NCBI RefSeq assembly: GCF_004010195.1
Contig: NC_057718.1
Coordinates: 31,233,622 to 31,297,621 of the forward strand
Source: Chiloscyllium plagiosum
Lineage: Eukaryota
DNA length: 64,000 bases
Direction of reading: 5' to 3'
Shown: positions 11,330 to 24,699 of the stretch, one piece after another
Layout of the letters: every line of letters begins with the position of its first letter
Position numbering within the stretch: position 1 is the stretch's first letter
Position numbers and translations under genes: made by a program
Notes under the pieces: generated by a model
Told to the model about the DNA's origin: nothing
What the model saw: the letters and a program-made list of their open reading frames with translations, nothing else
The model's database searches: none

Positions 11330-12115
11330 ATTTTCAAAAATTTGTTCATGGAGTGTTGGTGTTATTGGCTAGTCCAGCAATTATTGTCTGTCTTTAATTG
11401 CCCAGAGGAGTCTGGGTATGTTTTCCTTTATTTGTCAGTCTGTTGAGTATAGGAATTGGGAGGTCATGTTGTGGTTGTACAGGACATTTGTTTAGGCCAC
11501 TTTTGGGATATTGTGTACAATTCTGGTCTCCCTCCTGTCGGAAGGAACTTGAGAAACTTGAAAGGGTTCAGCAAAGATTTACAAGGATGTTGCCAGGGTT
11601 GGAGGATTTGAGCTATAGGAAGAGGCTTAATAGGCTGGTGCTGTTTTCCCTGGAGCACCGGAGGCTGAGGTTTATAAAATCATGAGGGGCATGGATAAGG
11701 TAAATAGACAAAGTCTTTTCCCTGGGTTGGACAAGTCCAGAACTAGAAAGCATAGGTTTAAAGTGAGAGGGGAAAGATATAAAAGGGACCTAAGGGGCAA
11801 CTTTTTCACACAGAGGCGGGTGCATGTATGAAACAAGCTACCAGAGGAAGTGGTGGAGGCTGTTACAATTACAACATTTAAAAGGCATCTGGGTGGATAT
11901 GAATAGGAAGGGTTTAGAGGGATATGGGCCAAATGCTGGCAAATGGGACTAGATTAATTTAGGATATCTGGTCTGCTAGGATGAGTTGGACTGAATGGTC
12001 TGTTTCCATGCTGTACTCTATGAGGAGTCAACAACACTGTGGGTCTCAAGTCACACATAGGCCAGACCAGGAATGTACCGGAGATTTCCTTCCCTAAAAA
12101 GTCATTATTGCATTA
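11330..12115 (-). mobile_element. SINE remnant (same family as 14525-14802) split by a HER1 insertion
   Basis: Tail ttgttcatggagtgttggtg...ttaattgccc at ~11340-11405; body gagtcaacaacactgtgggtctcaagtcacacataggccagacc from 12023. Confidence 0.55.
11412..12022 (+). mobile_element. HER1 LINE 3' fragment
   Basis: RPLLGYCVQFWSP..LERVQQRFTRMLPGLEDLSY; HER1 3' UTR. Confidence 0.9.
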
Positions 12116-13085
12116 AATTGGTAACCATAAACACAAGACACATCCTACAAAAAACATTAGGTGAAAGTGCCCACCTGTGAATCTATTATCACACTATGAG
12201 TTGGATGCAACATAGTTTCTCAGTGCATTTGATTTTTAAACAGCTTATGCACAGTCTCTGAAATGCCAAACCAAAATGACACAAATGCTTCATTTTTTGT
12301 CAGTGATTGACTTCTATTTTAATATTTGTTTGTACAACTCACATTTGTCAGTTTATTTAATTTCCAAAGTACCATTCACAGCATGTTAGAGTTGGCATGC
12401 TTCCAGGATTTTATTCTCCACAGAGACATATTATCAAACCAAGGGGCAGACAGCAAGAAATATAAGAAATAGCATTGGTGGTGTCAGAATGTATGAGCGA
12501 TGGTTTGAATGTACCCACCAGTGCAGCTAAGCAAGCAAGTTAATATTGATTTATCCACATCTGAGTGCTTTTGACCACAATTAACAAGCAACTCAAACAT
12601 GTTATTTGCTATTGTGTATTTATAGAGGAAAAGCTATAGGTCTCTTAAAGTTTTTAACGAGTATATTGGTCCTAGATTGTTTCATGCATCATAGTAAAAT
12701 GCTGTTTGATTACAAGTGATGTTATATCTACTTTTCAGTTTTAGTAATTCAAAAGGGTAACGTGACATGCAGGAAATTTTCTTACGAAACTTTGCAAATA
12801 ATGAAGCAGCTGGAGGTTTTACAAAGGTCAACTTTAAAATTTAATATTTTTCTCCCTTGTTTTCTGCATTGATGCACCAAATAACCAAGCTTCCTTCGCC
12901 AGCTGGGAGAACCATTTTCTGCGTAGCCATAAGTAGATGAGAATTAAGGCTTCATGCTTATTAGTTTACCTTTTCCTTGCCATTTTATGAATTAGCCTTA
13001 GACTATTGCTTGCCCCGCTGAGACGTGCTGTTGAAGAATCTCCCGAAGAACAGGGAGCCAGTTTTGAGTTACGTTAGTTGATCTT

Positions 13086-13492
13086 AGGGGAGGAGCGTCG
13101 GAGGCTGAGGGGTAACCTTACAGAGGTTTACAAAATTATGAGGGGCATGGATAGGATAAATAGACAAAGTCTTTTCCCTAGAGTCCAGAACTAGAGGACA
13201 TAGGTTTAGGGTGAGAGGGGAAAAATATAAAAGAGACCTAAGGGGCAACTTTTTCACGCAGTGGAAGGTACGTGTATGGAATGAGCTGCCAGAGGAAGTG
13301 GTGGAGGGCTGGTACAATTGCAACGTTTAAAAGGCGTTTGGGTGGGTATATGAATAGGAAGGGTTTGGAGGGATATGGGCCGGGTGCTGGCAGGTGGGAC
13401 TAGATTGGGTTGGGATATCTGGTCGGCATGGACAGTTTGGACCGACAGGTCTGTTTCAGTACTGTACATCTCTATGGCTCTATGACTATGAC
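13086..13492 (+). mobile_element. HER1 LINE 3' fragment
   Basis: ORF2 C-terminus plus 3' UTR ending ctctatggctctatgactatgac. Confidence 0.9.
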
Positions 13493-13592
13493 TTGAAATA
13501 CTAACTATGTTTCTCTAGCCACACATGCTGTCGAGCCTGTTGAGTTTCTTTACTATTTCAGATTTCCATCATCCACAGTATTTTGCCTCCAT
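13493..13592 (+). mobile_element. Old PLE-type 3' tail fragment
   Basis: atttcagatttccatcatccacagtattttgc resembles the ccagcatctgcagtcctcacttttg tail of the PLE mini-elements; similar fragment at 29800-29900. Confidence 0.4.
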
Positions 13593-13904
13593 TAAAATGC
13601 AAACCATTTTTTGGGGCATTTAACTGAATAGATACTAAAATGCAACAAGTCTTTCCTGTGATCTAACGGCTGCCATTGTCTAAATATCTGCTGAAGCTAG
13701 TTTGAAATGGCCTTGCGGACTTCTTGGCTGTGAAATGGTTCACAATGTGATGCAAATTGGTGAAACGTAACACTTGTTTGTCAATGCTCAGATTGTCAGA
13801 GATCATTTATGTTGACAATAGGAAACATATAGTCATATGGCAGAAACCACATTGCAACCACATTGAAATAAACATCTTCAATAAAAAAAAATGATCTAAC
13901 CATC

Positions 13905-14250
13905 AACCCTTGATACAGTGATGTTCCCACTAACAACATACTTGGGGTAACCATTGACTAGAAACTCAGCTGGACTTACAATATAATTACAATAGCTGCA
14001 AGAGTCGGTCGGACTCTAGGAATAATGCAGCAAATGACTACCAAAGCCTATCTATCATTTACAAGGCTCAAGGAAGGAATGTGATGGAATATTCCCTACT
14101 TGCCTGGATTGGTACAGCTCAAACAGCACTTAAGAAGCTTTACACCATCTAGGACAAAGTAGCCGACTTGAGTGGCACTGCATCCACCCCCTACCCCACC
14201 AACACTCAGCAGAAGCGTGTACCATCTATAAGGTACATTGCAGAAATTCA
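13905..14250 (+). mobile_element. Second CR1/L2-class LINE family, ORF2 C-terminal fragment
   Basis: tacaaggctcaaggaaggaatgtgatggaatattccc (YKAQ.R.VMEYS); homologous to 26700-27420 and 48935-49495. Confidence 0.7.
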
Positions 14251-14524
14251 GTTCTTGTGGCACAATGGTACTTGGCCTACCTTTGAGCTTGTGTCCAAGT
14301 TCAACCTGCTCCAGAGGTGAGCAACAAAATCTCTGAACAGGTTGACTGGAAGATATGTATCCTAATCTCCCTTCATCAGTACACTGGTTCTCTGGATGAC
14401 TGGCAGACAGAGGCATCACCTTGTTGCTGCCTCATTTAACTTGGCAGGGCTTTGAAGAACTGAGGTTCCTCTGCATCATTAATAAAATTGGAACAGCGTG
14501 GTAATTTAATAAAAAATCATCATC

Positions 14525-14802
14525 CAGAGGACAGTTAAGAGTCAATCACATTGCTGTCGATCTGGAGTCACATTTATGCCAGACCAGGTAAGGATGACAT
14601 ATTCCTTCTCTAAAGAATATTAGTGAATCAGATGGATTTTTCTTACAATATATTCATAGTCATCGTTCGACCTAATTCCAAATTTTTACTGAGTTTAAAT
14701 TCCACCATCTGCAATAGTGGGATTCAAACCCAAGTCCCCAGAACATTACCCTGATCTCCGGATTAATAGTCCAGTGATAATAACACTAGCCTATCACCTC
14801 CC
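14525..14802 (-). mobile_element. tRNA-derived SINE
   Basis: Minus-strand head gggaggtgataggctagtg (A box) and gggtttgaatccc (B box); body shared with 12023-12115. Confidence 0.75.
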
Positions 14803-15869
14803 TGAGCAAATTGCTACATCAGTTACCTTGATTCAAGTTCTGCCTTGTCAATGTCAGGTGTCAGCCCTCTTTTGTTTCCACTGCTCATAAAATCCAGAAT
14901 CAGTGTTGGACTTCCAACTGAATGTGTCCCACCTGTGGCCCAGTAAAATTCCAGCTGTGGTATGCCCCAAGGAGTAAAGACTTTTGCATTTTATTTAAAC
15001 CAGCTACTGGATAGTACATAAGATTGCTCTGTCTTTCATGTCATTTCAGAATAACATACATATATAAATTACTTACAGAACATGAATAACATGTTGAATA
15101 GTCCAGGATGAGCCTGGAAACAGTTTACAAGGAATTAATCAAAAACAGTTTTTGCAGGCCAACCCTTTAAATGTTTTATTTGAAATGATGTACTTTGCAG
15201 TAAGATTTAACCTTTATATGAATTATGTAAAAACAAGTTTAAAGGATTCACTTAATTTCTTTGGATCACAGCAAGAGAATTCCCAAATGCTAGCTCATTA
15301 ATTGCTTTTTTTCTGTATGCATAATTCCTTTGGCAGGGGTGTTTGAGAACTGTACATTTCAAATATTTTAAACAGTTCTTGGCATCCATCTTCTAAGTGA
15401 TGTAGTGACGTATTGGAGCAATTTTAGAGGAAAGCCAGAAATAGATTCCTGAGCATTACATTTATAAGCTAAGGTCAGCAGAACTGATTAACTTGGTGAA
15501 AAGTAGACATGCAGAATTCAAGTCCTTGCAGTGCTGAGAGTATTGGATGTTCCAGGCGCAGCAGGATATTTGTTTTAACTGTTGGTGCAAAGCATTGGTG
15601 CAAACTCAGTGCTTTATAAATGTTCTGATTTCTTAGTAATCTGTAAAACACATAGAGAAGATTTTCAGTAAATGAAGTTGATGTCCATTAATTTCATTGG
15701 CAAAAGAATTATATCCAGTTTGTAATCGAATATTCAAGTGTTATTTAATTAGTCATTGCATGTGAGAAAGGATTCAAAATATTCATACAGAAATGTCCTC
15801 TTGGAGGGTAAAAGTAATGATCTATGGATTATAAATGGGATGTCTTTGGGATAAATGGCCTGTTATCCT

Positions 15870-16579
15870 GGGCTGGATTTTATATTCCAGTGCTTGTGGA
15901 TTTGTGCGTGGGAGTGCATGTAAAACGTAGTGGGTTATCTGCCTGCCTCTGAACGATCTGAAAATTTTTGGAGAGGGAGTGGTTCCAGTGGAAGCGTCAG
16001 GTGGCTTGTCTAACCTTAAACCTATAGAGGTTGTTAGGTGGTCAATTAATGATCACTTCAGAGTCTCATCCTACGACCACTGATTTTATCCATGGCAGGA
16101 GTGGCCCTCACCATAAAGTGGACCATGGAGCTTTAACTGCTTTGGATGCTGTCAAACAATTTCATTGGCTTTTTAGGCCCTTTTCAGAACCATTGGAGAC
16201 ACCTCACACCAAGGTAATTTACCCCACTTTAACCCTTTCACAAAGTCTCCTGAACCCAGCCTGGATCACCTCCTTGCCAAGCCGCCCAATTTCAGACATA
16301 CCTGGGCTCAATGTTGTTGGGCTGCCTGTGGTCATAGCAGTGACCAGTATTCCCAGTGGGGTTCTGATGTCCAGTTTCTGATTGGCCCCATATGGGGAGG
16401 ATTTTACACATTTTAGAACTGGCAGCCAAATCTTTCGTTAAGGCAAGTAATGTTCTTCACAGCACTAAATTGCTGCATAGTAACGATTGGGATTGTGGTA
16501 TGGCTCACCTACACATCCCTCACCTCCAACCTTTTGCTGAGGGAGTAGAGGATCATACCACCCTGTAAAATTCCGTACC
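15870..16579. mobile_element. Possible non-autonomous DNA transposon (Harbinger-type MITE), decayed
   Basis: Imperfect terminal inverted repeats gggctggattttat / gtaaaattccgtacc; similar termini recur elsewhere (e.g. 14943, 41485, 62324). Confidence 0.4.
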
Positions 16580-17280
16580 ATGATTTATTTTTAAATGTCT
16601 AAAGATATTACTAGGTATTACTTTATCTGCTCAGCCAGACTAAAATTGAGCTACAAATTGGATAACTATTTTAAACAGAGAAATGTTTACATATTTAAAG
16701 ATTACCTTCTGATTATAGCCCAGTTACATGGTGCCTGTAAATGTGATTGCTTTCTGTGTTCAGTTCGCACTAACCATACTGTTCATTGGTTGGATGCACA
16801 AACAGGTGATGAATCTGTAAAGGAGTGTGCCTTGTGGCTGGAACAGGTCTTGGTTGTCATGGTTGCAGTGAATTTGACCGAGGAAAGAGTGAGGAACTGT
16901 AAACGAGAGTGAGAGTTCCAGGTTTTAGAACACTCTCCTGGCAATGCTTAGTTGTAAGAATAGGTGGAGCAATATCCCTTACATACAGGATTTGGGGGGG
17001 GGGGGGGGCAGGTCCATGTTGGCAATGAGGTAACTCAATTTCTCACTGAGCATATTCAGAAAACCTCAAAAGGAACTGATTACGTATCAAGTAGGGTGCA
17101 TTAGCTCGAGCCCTTTCAAGGTCTTAAAGATAGAAAATTCTTGAGGAAGGCTGGAAATTTTGGATGATCCCCTCAAACAAAATATAAAAATCCAATTCAA
17201 AAAGATTGGAGTTTCATCAGAACTATGGAGTCAACCCATATGTGAGTGGGTGAATTGTGCTTGCTGGGGTATACTGGGAG

Positions 17281-17999
17281 TGTTATGAAGGTGTAAGGGG
17301 TACTGAACTTTTAATAGAGTTGAAAGCTAGCAAGCACTTAGAGAATCACACAGAGTACTGGAAAATTTAAAATGTAACATTGGTTGAACAGTCACATTAG
17401 CTAGGTTGCCTGGAGATGAAAAAAAAAACTTGAATTCGGCCAATCAGTTTAAATTATGCCCCAAAATACCAAACTCCAATCAAGTTTGAATTTGGTATTT
17501 TGACAACATTAACACCAATGAAACACAATAAAACTGAAAAAAAAATTTGAAGTTGGGGCGAACTGCCAAAAGACCAACAGACTTAGGTTGCTCGTAAGAA
17601 CTGTCTGAAAGGTACCTGTCTGGAGAAGGAGTTTGCACAGAGAAAAAAATATCGACAATGACCTGGAGAGCAACTCTGCAGAGGAAGATACAAAGAGAAG
17701 ATTTGACACCTGGCTGGTTTTGAAATTTGAATTTTTCAGTAAATCTTAATCGGGTAGTTTTATCAGATCAGTATTGTATAAGATAAAGTAAAAGATAGGT
17801 CAGAGGAAGGAGTTATAAATAGTTGTTAGTTAATTATTCTCTGTTAGACTTTAAAAAAAGTTATTAATTTTTACTTTAAATAGTGACCTTTGGGCTAGTT
17901 CTTGGCTCTCGAATTTTCACGGATTACTGTACAGGATAACACTTTTCGGTGTGTTAGGTTTAAATTAGCGGGATGGGGGCATTACCCCATGTTGTAACA
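17281..17999 (+). repeat. 5' LTR
   Basis: Begins tgttatgaagg, ends gttgtaaca; homologous to 22709-23422. Confidence 0.95.
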
Positions 18000-18002
18000 G
18001 TT

Positions 18003-18022
18003 TGCGGGCTCGTCATTGGGAT
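18003..18022 (+). other. Primer-binding site, tRNA-Pro-like (degenerate)
   Basis: tgcgggctcgtcattgggat versus the canonical tRNA-Pro PBS TGGGGGCTCGTCCGGGAT, 3 nt after the LTR. Confidence 0.75.
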
Positions 18023-18210
18023 TTGAACTGGTTTAGACAGATTTGAATAGTTTTGGGGGTACGAAAAGTCCCAGCAGATTTACACACTTGCAGATTAGTA
18101 TCCGAGATCGTTAAATAAAATGTAGGTGAGGCAATTTATTTACTTTCGGTGACTTGTGGTTGATTAAATCAAAAGAGAGATTTTTAAAAAATTAAATTTA
18201 GCTCTTAAAA

Positions 18211-19308
18211 TTGCTAGAGGTTCTGGGATTTGAAGATGATTCTCAAATTTGCCAAGAAAGTTTAGAAGGAAAGAAAAAGGCCATACTTTTGGAATTAGCA
18301 AGTAAGATAGATTTGGGTTTAACCAGACACAAATGTAAAGCTGAAATTGTAAGGGAGTTACTCAAACACTTAGGTGTGTCAGAGAAACAGACAAGTGCAT
18401 TAGAGACAGAAAAACATGAATTACAATGAAAGAAAATGGAGTTGGAAGGTAGAGAGAGAAAGGGAAGAGAGAGAGAGAGAAGATTCTTTAAGAGCTAGGC
18501 AGAGCTAGTGAGGTATTTGCAGCACTGTCAGATGAGGGTTCAAGAGATTATGAAGAGGCTAAACAGGCTATTCTAAGTGCTTATGAATTGGAACCAGAAG
18601 CATATAGGCAGTGGTTCAGAAACACAAAGAAGGAATCAGGTCAGGCTTATGTTTAGTTCAAAAGAATTTAAACGTAGTCATTTTGATAGATGGGTGCATG
18701 CTTTAAAAATAGATAGGACCTTTGAGGCTCCAAGAGAGATCATTCTGCTGAAGGAGTTTAAAAACTCACTTTCAGAGATGATAAGAATTCTTGTGGAGAA
18801 ACAGAAAGTTCAGGAAATGAGAAGGGCAGCAGAATTAGATGAATACATGTTGGTGCATAAGACAAGCTTTCGGCCAGAATTTCATCCTGTGAGGGATAGA
18901 AGTTGGGAGAAGGGGAGATCCTACACTATGAAACCTAGAATAGAGAACACTGGTAAGAGTTTACCACAGGTAAAAGAAGCCCAAAAGGGTGGAAAGGTGG
19001 TCAAAGGCCTCGGGCGTTTTCACTGTTATGGAGTGGGACACAGAAAATTACAGTGCCGGTGCTTTCAGAAGGGCACTGGGAAAAGGTGTTTTCACTGCCA
19101 GAAAGTGGGACATGTAAAATCACAGTGCTGGTTGTTAAAGAAAGGCACAGTGGGAAAAGATGTGGCAAAAGAAGCTGAGCTAATGGCATTAGGGAATATT
19201 GTAAAGGAGACACCAAGAAGAGCCAAGGAGCTGCAGGAGAGTACACAGCCTAGAGGGCTGGGTATGGAGTTAGAACCTGAACTCGACAAAGAATTTGCCT
19301 CTGAGTAA
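18211..19308 (+). pseudogene. gag: gag with SCAN-like region and two zinc knuckles (frameshifted, apparently internally deleted)
   Basis: AILSAYELEPEAYRQWFRN and REIILLKEFKNSL; CFHCQKVGHVKSQC (CCHC) plus degenerate RFHCYGVGHRKLQC. Confidence 0.85.
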
Positions 19309-19329
19309 AGTTTACTCAGAAAGAACAGG

Positions 19330-19620
19330 GGGAAAAGGACAAGAAGTTATAATTTTGAGAGATACAGGATTTAACCAGTGACTGATAGTAAGGAATGATC
19401 GAATATGCACTATTTCTGATCTGTTATTCGAGAGTAGTTTGTGGGATAGATAGAACAGAAATTTAGCATTCCTGTATGTAAGATCAGGTTGGAGTGCCAA
19501 CTCAAGACTGGGGAGGTTACAGTGGGTCTGATTGACAGAGTGTCAGTTTCAGGAATTCAGTTGGTTCTTGGGAATGATTGGCAGGAACCAAGGTGGGGTG
19601 ATACCCCTAGTGGAGAAGCC
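19330..19620 (+). pseudogene. Aspartic protease remnant
   Basis: VIILRDTG (LRDTG at 19355-19369). Confidence 0.75.
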
Positions 19621-19949
19621 CAAGGAAGACCAAGAAACTGAGGAGTTAAAATAGAAATATCCTGGTATTTTCCCAAACTCTGTAATCACCAGATCCCACT
19701 ATCATAAGTCACAATACGAAGTGAAAAGTAAAGAGAAAGGTGAAGGAGTTGAGGTTCAGTTAGCGGACACCCTGTTTGACATGAAGGTGCAGGACACACT
19801 CGAACAGGCAGAGGATCAGACAGCAGTGTTTAACCCTGAAAGGCTAAGAGACTTAGAACAGCAAGATGAGATGGTAAAAGATTTATATGTTGATACCTAC
19901 TCTGAAAAGGAGGCAGAGAATATTCCGGAGGGTTAATATCTGAAAGATA

Positions 19950-21101
19950 CAATCCTAAGGCGGAAATGGAGACCATAGCAGGTCAGTAGTGGAGAAATGG
20001 ACGAAGTGCACCAGGCTGTGTTGCTGGTAGAGTACAGATAGGAAGTGTTACGAGTAGCACATGAACTATCTGTAGGAGGTCATTTCAGGGTACAAAAGAC
20101 TCAGACTAAAGTACAAAAACATTTTTATTGGCCTGGAATGCACGTTTGCTAAACATGTCATACATGCCAAATGGTCGATAAGCCACAGGTGGTAATAAAA
20201 CCAGTGCCTTTGTTGCCAATTCCTACATTTGAAGAACCTTTCATGTGAATTACAATTGATTGTGTAGCTCCCCTCCCAAGAACTAAAAATGGGAATCAGT
20301 ACTTGTTAACCAGAATGGATGTGTCTACCAGATTTCCAGAGGCAATTCCATTATGGAGTATCAAGGCAAAAAGAGTGGTAGAGGAGTTAGTAGCTTCCTT
20401 TACATGTTTTCATCTACCCAGAGAGATTCAGTCAGACCGAGGCTCAAAGTTTACTGCTAGTCTGTTTCAGGAGGTTATGGATAGCTTAGGTATATAGCAC
20501 TTTAATCCAGTGTGTATCATCCTGAACCCCAGGGAGCTTTAGAAAGGTGGCATCAGATCTTTAAGACCATATTGAGAACATACTGTCAGGATTACCTGAA
20601 TGAATGTGATAAAGGTATTCCATTCGTATTGTTTGCCATTAGAGATGCCCCAAATGAATCTCAGTTCACTCCCTTTGAGTTAATATTCGGGCATGAGATG
20701 ATAGGGCCTTTGAAATTAATTAAAGAAAAATTGATTGACAGGACCAAAGTCAGAGATCTCACACTTATATTATGTATCAGAGATAAGGGAGAGATTAAGT
20801 TGAGTAGTGAGTTAGCTAAACAGCACCTAAAGAGGGCACAGTATAGAATGAAGGAGGTGGCAGATAAAAGCTCTGAGACTTGGACGTTTTCCCAAGGGAC
20901 GATGTGTTAGTACTGTTACTAGTGATAGGAGATCCCTTTGAAGCCAGGTTTAGTGGTCCCTATCAAATTGAGAAAAAGTTGAGTCAGGTAAACTATCTAG
21001 TAAAGGTGCCAGATATAAACAGAAGGTATGTGAATATGTTGAAACCATATTATACTGGAGAGAAAGAAATGGAGAAACAGGTGTTAGTTACTGCCCAATA
21101 G
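19950..21101 (+). pseudogene. Integrase remnant, upstream of RT
   Basis: AHE..GGH and CHTCQ zinc finger, IDCV, TRFPEAIPL, IQSDRGS, YHPEPQGALERWH, FSGPYQI. Confidence 0.9.
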
Positions 21102-21224
21102 AGTGAGGAATCAAATCCAGATGATGTAGATTTTGATGTGCCTCAAAATAGATTAAAAAATGAAGAAGTCCTTGAGGTGTAGGATAGGTTAGTAAACTAT
21201 CTGTCTCATGAACATCGAACGCAG

Positions 21225-22566
21225 TTGAAAGATTTGTTATTGCAGTATAAGGACATATGTAAGAATCAGATGGGGAGGACTAATGCTATTGTACATGAAG
21301 TAGATATCAGGAATACAGTTCCAACAAGACAACACCCTTATTGGCTTAATCCTTTCAAAGCCAAACAGGTCCAGATGGAGGTGAAGGCCATGCTCGGTGA
21401 GGATATCATCGAACCAAGCCAAAGAGAGTGGAGTTCGCTGATCATATTAGTTCTGAAACCAGACAGGACTCAACAATTCTACATGCATTAACGGAAGGTC
21501 AACGCCATTACAAAATTGGACTCCTATCCAATTCCTAGATTGGAGAACTGTATCGAGAAAGTCAGACAAGCCAGTTACATCACTAAGTTGGACTTACTGT
21601 GTGGTTATTAGCAGGTAACTTCATCAGAGACAGTGAAAAAAATTTCTGCATTTGTAACCCCAAATGGGCTATATCAGCTTAAGGTGATCCCCTTTGGAAT
21701 GAAGAATGCACCCGCCACATTCCAAAGACTAATGAACAGAGCTGTGGCTGGGTTAACAAACTGTGCAGTCTATTTGGATGATCTTTAGTAAGTCCTGGAA
21801 AGATCACATGGTGCAGTTGGCAGAGCTCTTTGAATGACTACAAGAAGCAAAACTGGTAATAAACTTAAATAAAACGGAATTTGTGCAAAGAGAGGTGATG
21901 TCCTCAGGACCTAACAGGAGTAATGGAAGGCTGACCCCACGGAATGCTAAGACGAAGGCCATCCAGGAATTTCCACGATCAACCTTGAGGAAAGATGTGC
22001 TTCAATTCTTAGAACTCAGCGGATTCCATCAGAAGTGTGTTCCAAACTTCAGCAATGTAGTGGCATTGTTAACCAATTTGCTGAAGAAGAACACAAAGTT
22101 TTGGTGGACAGAACAATGCCAGGAGGCATTCGACCATTTGAAAGCCAAATTAACCACCAAACCAGTTTTAGCTACACCAAACTTTTCAAAACCTTTTAAA
22201 GTCACCATCGATGCTACTGACATAGGAGTTGGAGCTGTACTGTTACAGGAAGATGAGGATGGGATTGAACCGCCAGTTGGTTACTTTTTGAAGAAGCTCA
22301 ACATCCACCAGAGGAAATACTCCACGATCGAAAAAGAACTATTGAGTTTGGTACTGGCCTTACAACATTTTAATGTGTATGTCACGAACGATGTATTAGA
22401 GGCAATTGTGTACATGAGTCATAATCCTCTTACATTCTTAGAATGCTTTAAAGACAAGACTATTAGACTATTTTGTTGGAGTCTTATATTACAGACTTTT
22501 AATTTAAAAATCATACGTGTTGCGGGTTGTAAGAATGTAATCGCAGATGTGCTATCACGGATTTAA
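21225..22566 (+). pseudogene. pol: Reverse transcriptase and RNase H remnant
   Basis: QHPY, IIEPS..WSS, PFGMKNAPATFQ, YLDD at 21771-21782, IDATDIGVGAVLLQ, YSTIEKELL, NVIADVLSR. Confidence 0.9.
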
Positions 22567-22708
22567 CTGATAAAGTTCAGATGAGATTTGTATTTACATT
22601 AAGTTGAATATGGATTAAAATTATCTGTATGTATAGTAATGTGTTTAAAGAATAGAAAATAAATAAAGCCATCTTTTCATTATTATGGTTCATTTTTTTC
22701 TTAAGGGT

Positions 22709-23422
22709 GGTTATGAAGGTTTAAGGGGTACTGTGCCTTTGAGAGTTGAAAGCTAGCAAGGACTTAGAGAATCACACAGTGTACTGGAAAATTTAAAATG
22801 TTAGGTTGCCTGGAGACGATAAAAAACAAATTTGAATTCAGCCAATCAGTTTAAATTATGCCCCAAAATACCAAACTCCAATTAAGTTTGAATTTGGTAT
22901 TCTGACAACATTAACACCAATGAAACAATCCGATGCTTTGGGGTATAAAACCAAAACAAAAATTGAACAGTTGGGGAAGAACTGCCAAAAGATCAACAGA
23001 CATAGGCTGCTAGTAAGAACTGTCTGAGAGGTACCTGTGGAGAAGGAGTTTGCACAGAGAAAAAATATTGACAATGACTTGGAGAGCACATCTACAGAGG
23101 AAGATACAAAGAGAAGATTCGACAACTGGTTGGTTTTGAAACTTGAATTTTTCAGTAAATCTTCATCAGGTGGTTTTATGGGACCAGTATTGTAGAGAGT
23201 AAAGTAAAAGATAGGTCAACGAAAAGAGTTATAAATAGTTGTTAGTTAATTATTCTCTGTTAGACTTTAAAAAATAAAGTTGTTAATTTTGACATTAAAT
23301 CGTGACCTTTGGGCTAGTTCTTCGCCTGTTGAACTTTCACAGATTACTGCACAGGATAAACCTTTTCTGTGTTGCTAGTTTAAATTAACGGGGTGGGGAG
23401 GGGGTTACCCTGTGTCATAACA
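22709..23422 (+). repeat. 3' LTR preceded by a short purine tract
   Basis: ggttatgaagg...gtcataaca, followed by TSD ggag. Confidence 0.95.
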
Positions 23423-23585
23423 GGAGTCTGACTGAGGAGTGTGAAAGTGTGCTGACTTGGCTGGTCCCAACTTTTGAAGATACCAAAAGTATTTGCCTCT
23501 AATTAATAGACACCTGGCAGGAAGGCACCCAAATCTGAGAAAAATGGTGGCCAGCGCACCTAATTAGGGCTGAAAGGTGGGGGTT

Positions 23586-24699
23586 TGGAGAACTAGCTAT
23601 TTGGATACAGAACTGGCTGAAAGGTAGAAGACAGAGGGTGGTGGTGGAGGATTGTTTTTCAGACTGGAGGCCTGTGACCAGTAGAGAGCCACAAGGATCG
23701 GTGCTGGATTCTCTACTTTTTGTCATTTACATAAATGATTTGGATGCGAGCATAAGAGGTACAGTTAGTAAGTTTGCAGATGACACCGAAATTGGAGGTG
23801 TAGTGGACAGTGAAGAAGGTTACCTCAGACTACAACAGGATCTTGACCAGATGGGCCAATGGGCTGAGAAGTGGCAGATGGAGTTTAATTCAGATAAATG
23901 CAAGGGGCTGCATTTTGGGAAAGCAAATCTTAGCAGGACTTATATACTTAATGGTAAGGTCCTATGGAGTGTTGCTGAACAACGACACCATGGAATGCAG
24001 GTCCACAGCTCCTTGAAAGTGGAGTCGCAGATAGACAGAATAGTGAAGGCAGCGTTTGGTATGCTTTCCTTTATTGGTCAGAGTGTTTAGTACAGGAGTT
24101 GGAAGCTCATGTTCGGCTGTACAGGACATTGGTTAGGCCACTGTTGGAATATTGCGTGCAATTCTGGTCTCCTTTCTATCGGAAAGATGTTGTGAAACTT
24201 GAAAGGGTTCAGAAAAGATTTACAAGGATGTTGCCAGAGTTAGAGGATTTAAGCTATAGCGAGAGGTTGAATAGGATGGGGCTGTTTTCCTTGGAGCATC
24301 AGAGGCTGAGGGGTGACCTTATAGCGGTTTACAAAATTATAAGGGGCATGGATAGAATAAATAGACAAAGTCTTTTCCCTGGGGTCGGGGAGTCCAGAAC
24401 TAGAGGGCATAGATTTAGGGTGAGAGGGGAAAGATATAAAAGAGACCTAAGGGACAACATTTTCACACAGAGGGTTGTACGTGTATGGAATGACCTGCCA
24501 GAGGAAGTGGTGGAGGCTCGTACAATTGCAACATTTAAAAAGCATTTGGATGGGTATATGAATAGGAAGGATTTGGAGGGATATGAGCTGGGTGTTGGCA
24601 GGTGGGACTAGATTGGGTTGGGATATCTGGTCAGCATGGACGGGTTGGACCGAAGGGTCTGTTTGCATGCTGTACATCTCTATGACTCTATGACACTAT
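23586..24699 (+). mobile_element. HER1 LINE 3' 1.1 kb
   Basis: ORFs 23638-24090 (PQGSVL, SKFADD) and 24099-24611; ctatgactctatgacactatga tail. Confidence 0.95.

Larger units (their letters stand above)
17281..23422 (+). mobile_element. Full-length decayed Gmr1-like Ty3/Gypsy LTR retrotransposon
   Basis: Two homologous ~715-bp LTRs ending ...TAACA; TSD GGAG at 17277-17280 and 23423-23426; PBS; domain order gag-PR-INT-RT-RNaseH. Confidence 0.95.

Noticed and set aside
16595..16912. 105-aa ORF or exon after the tgtgttcag acceptor
   Set aside because: No recognisable homology, weak donor and no partner exons
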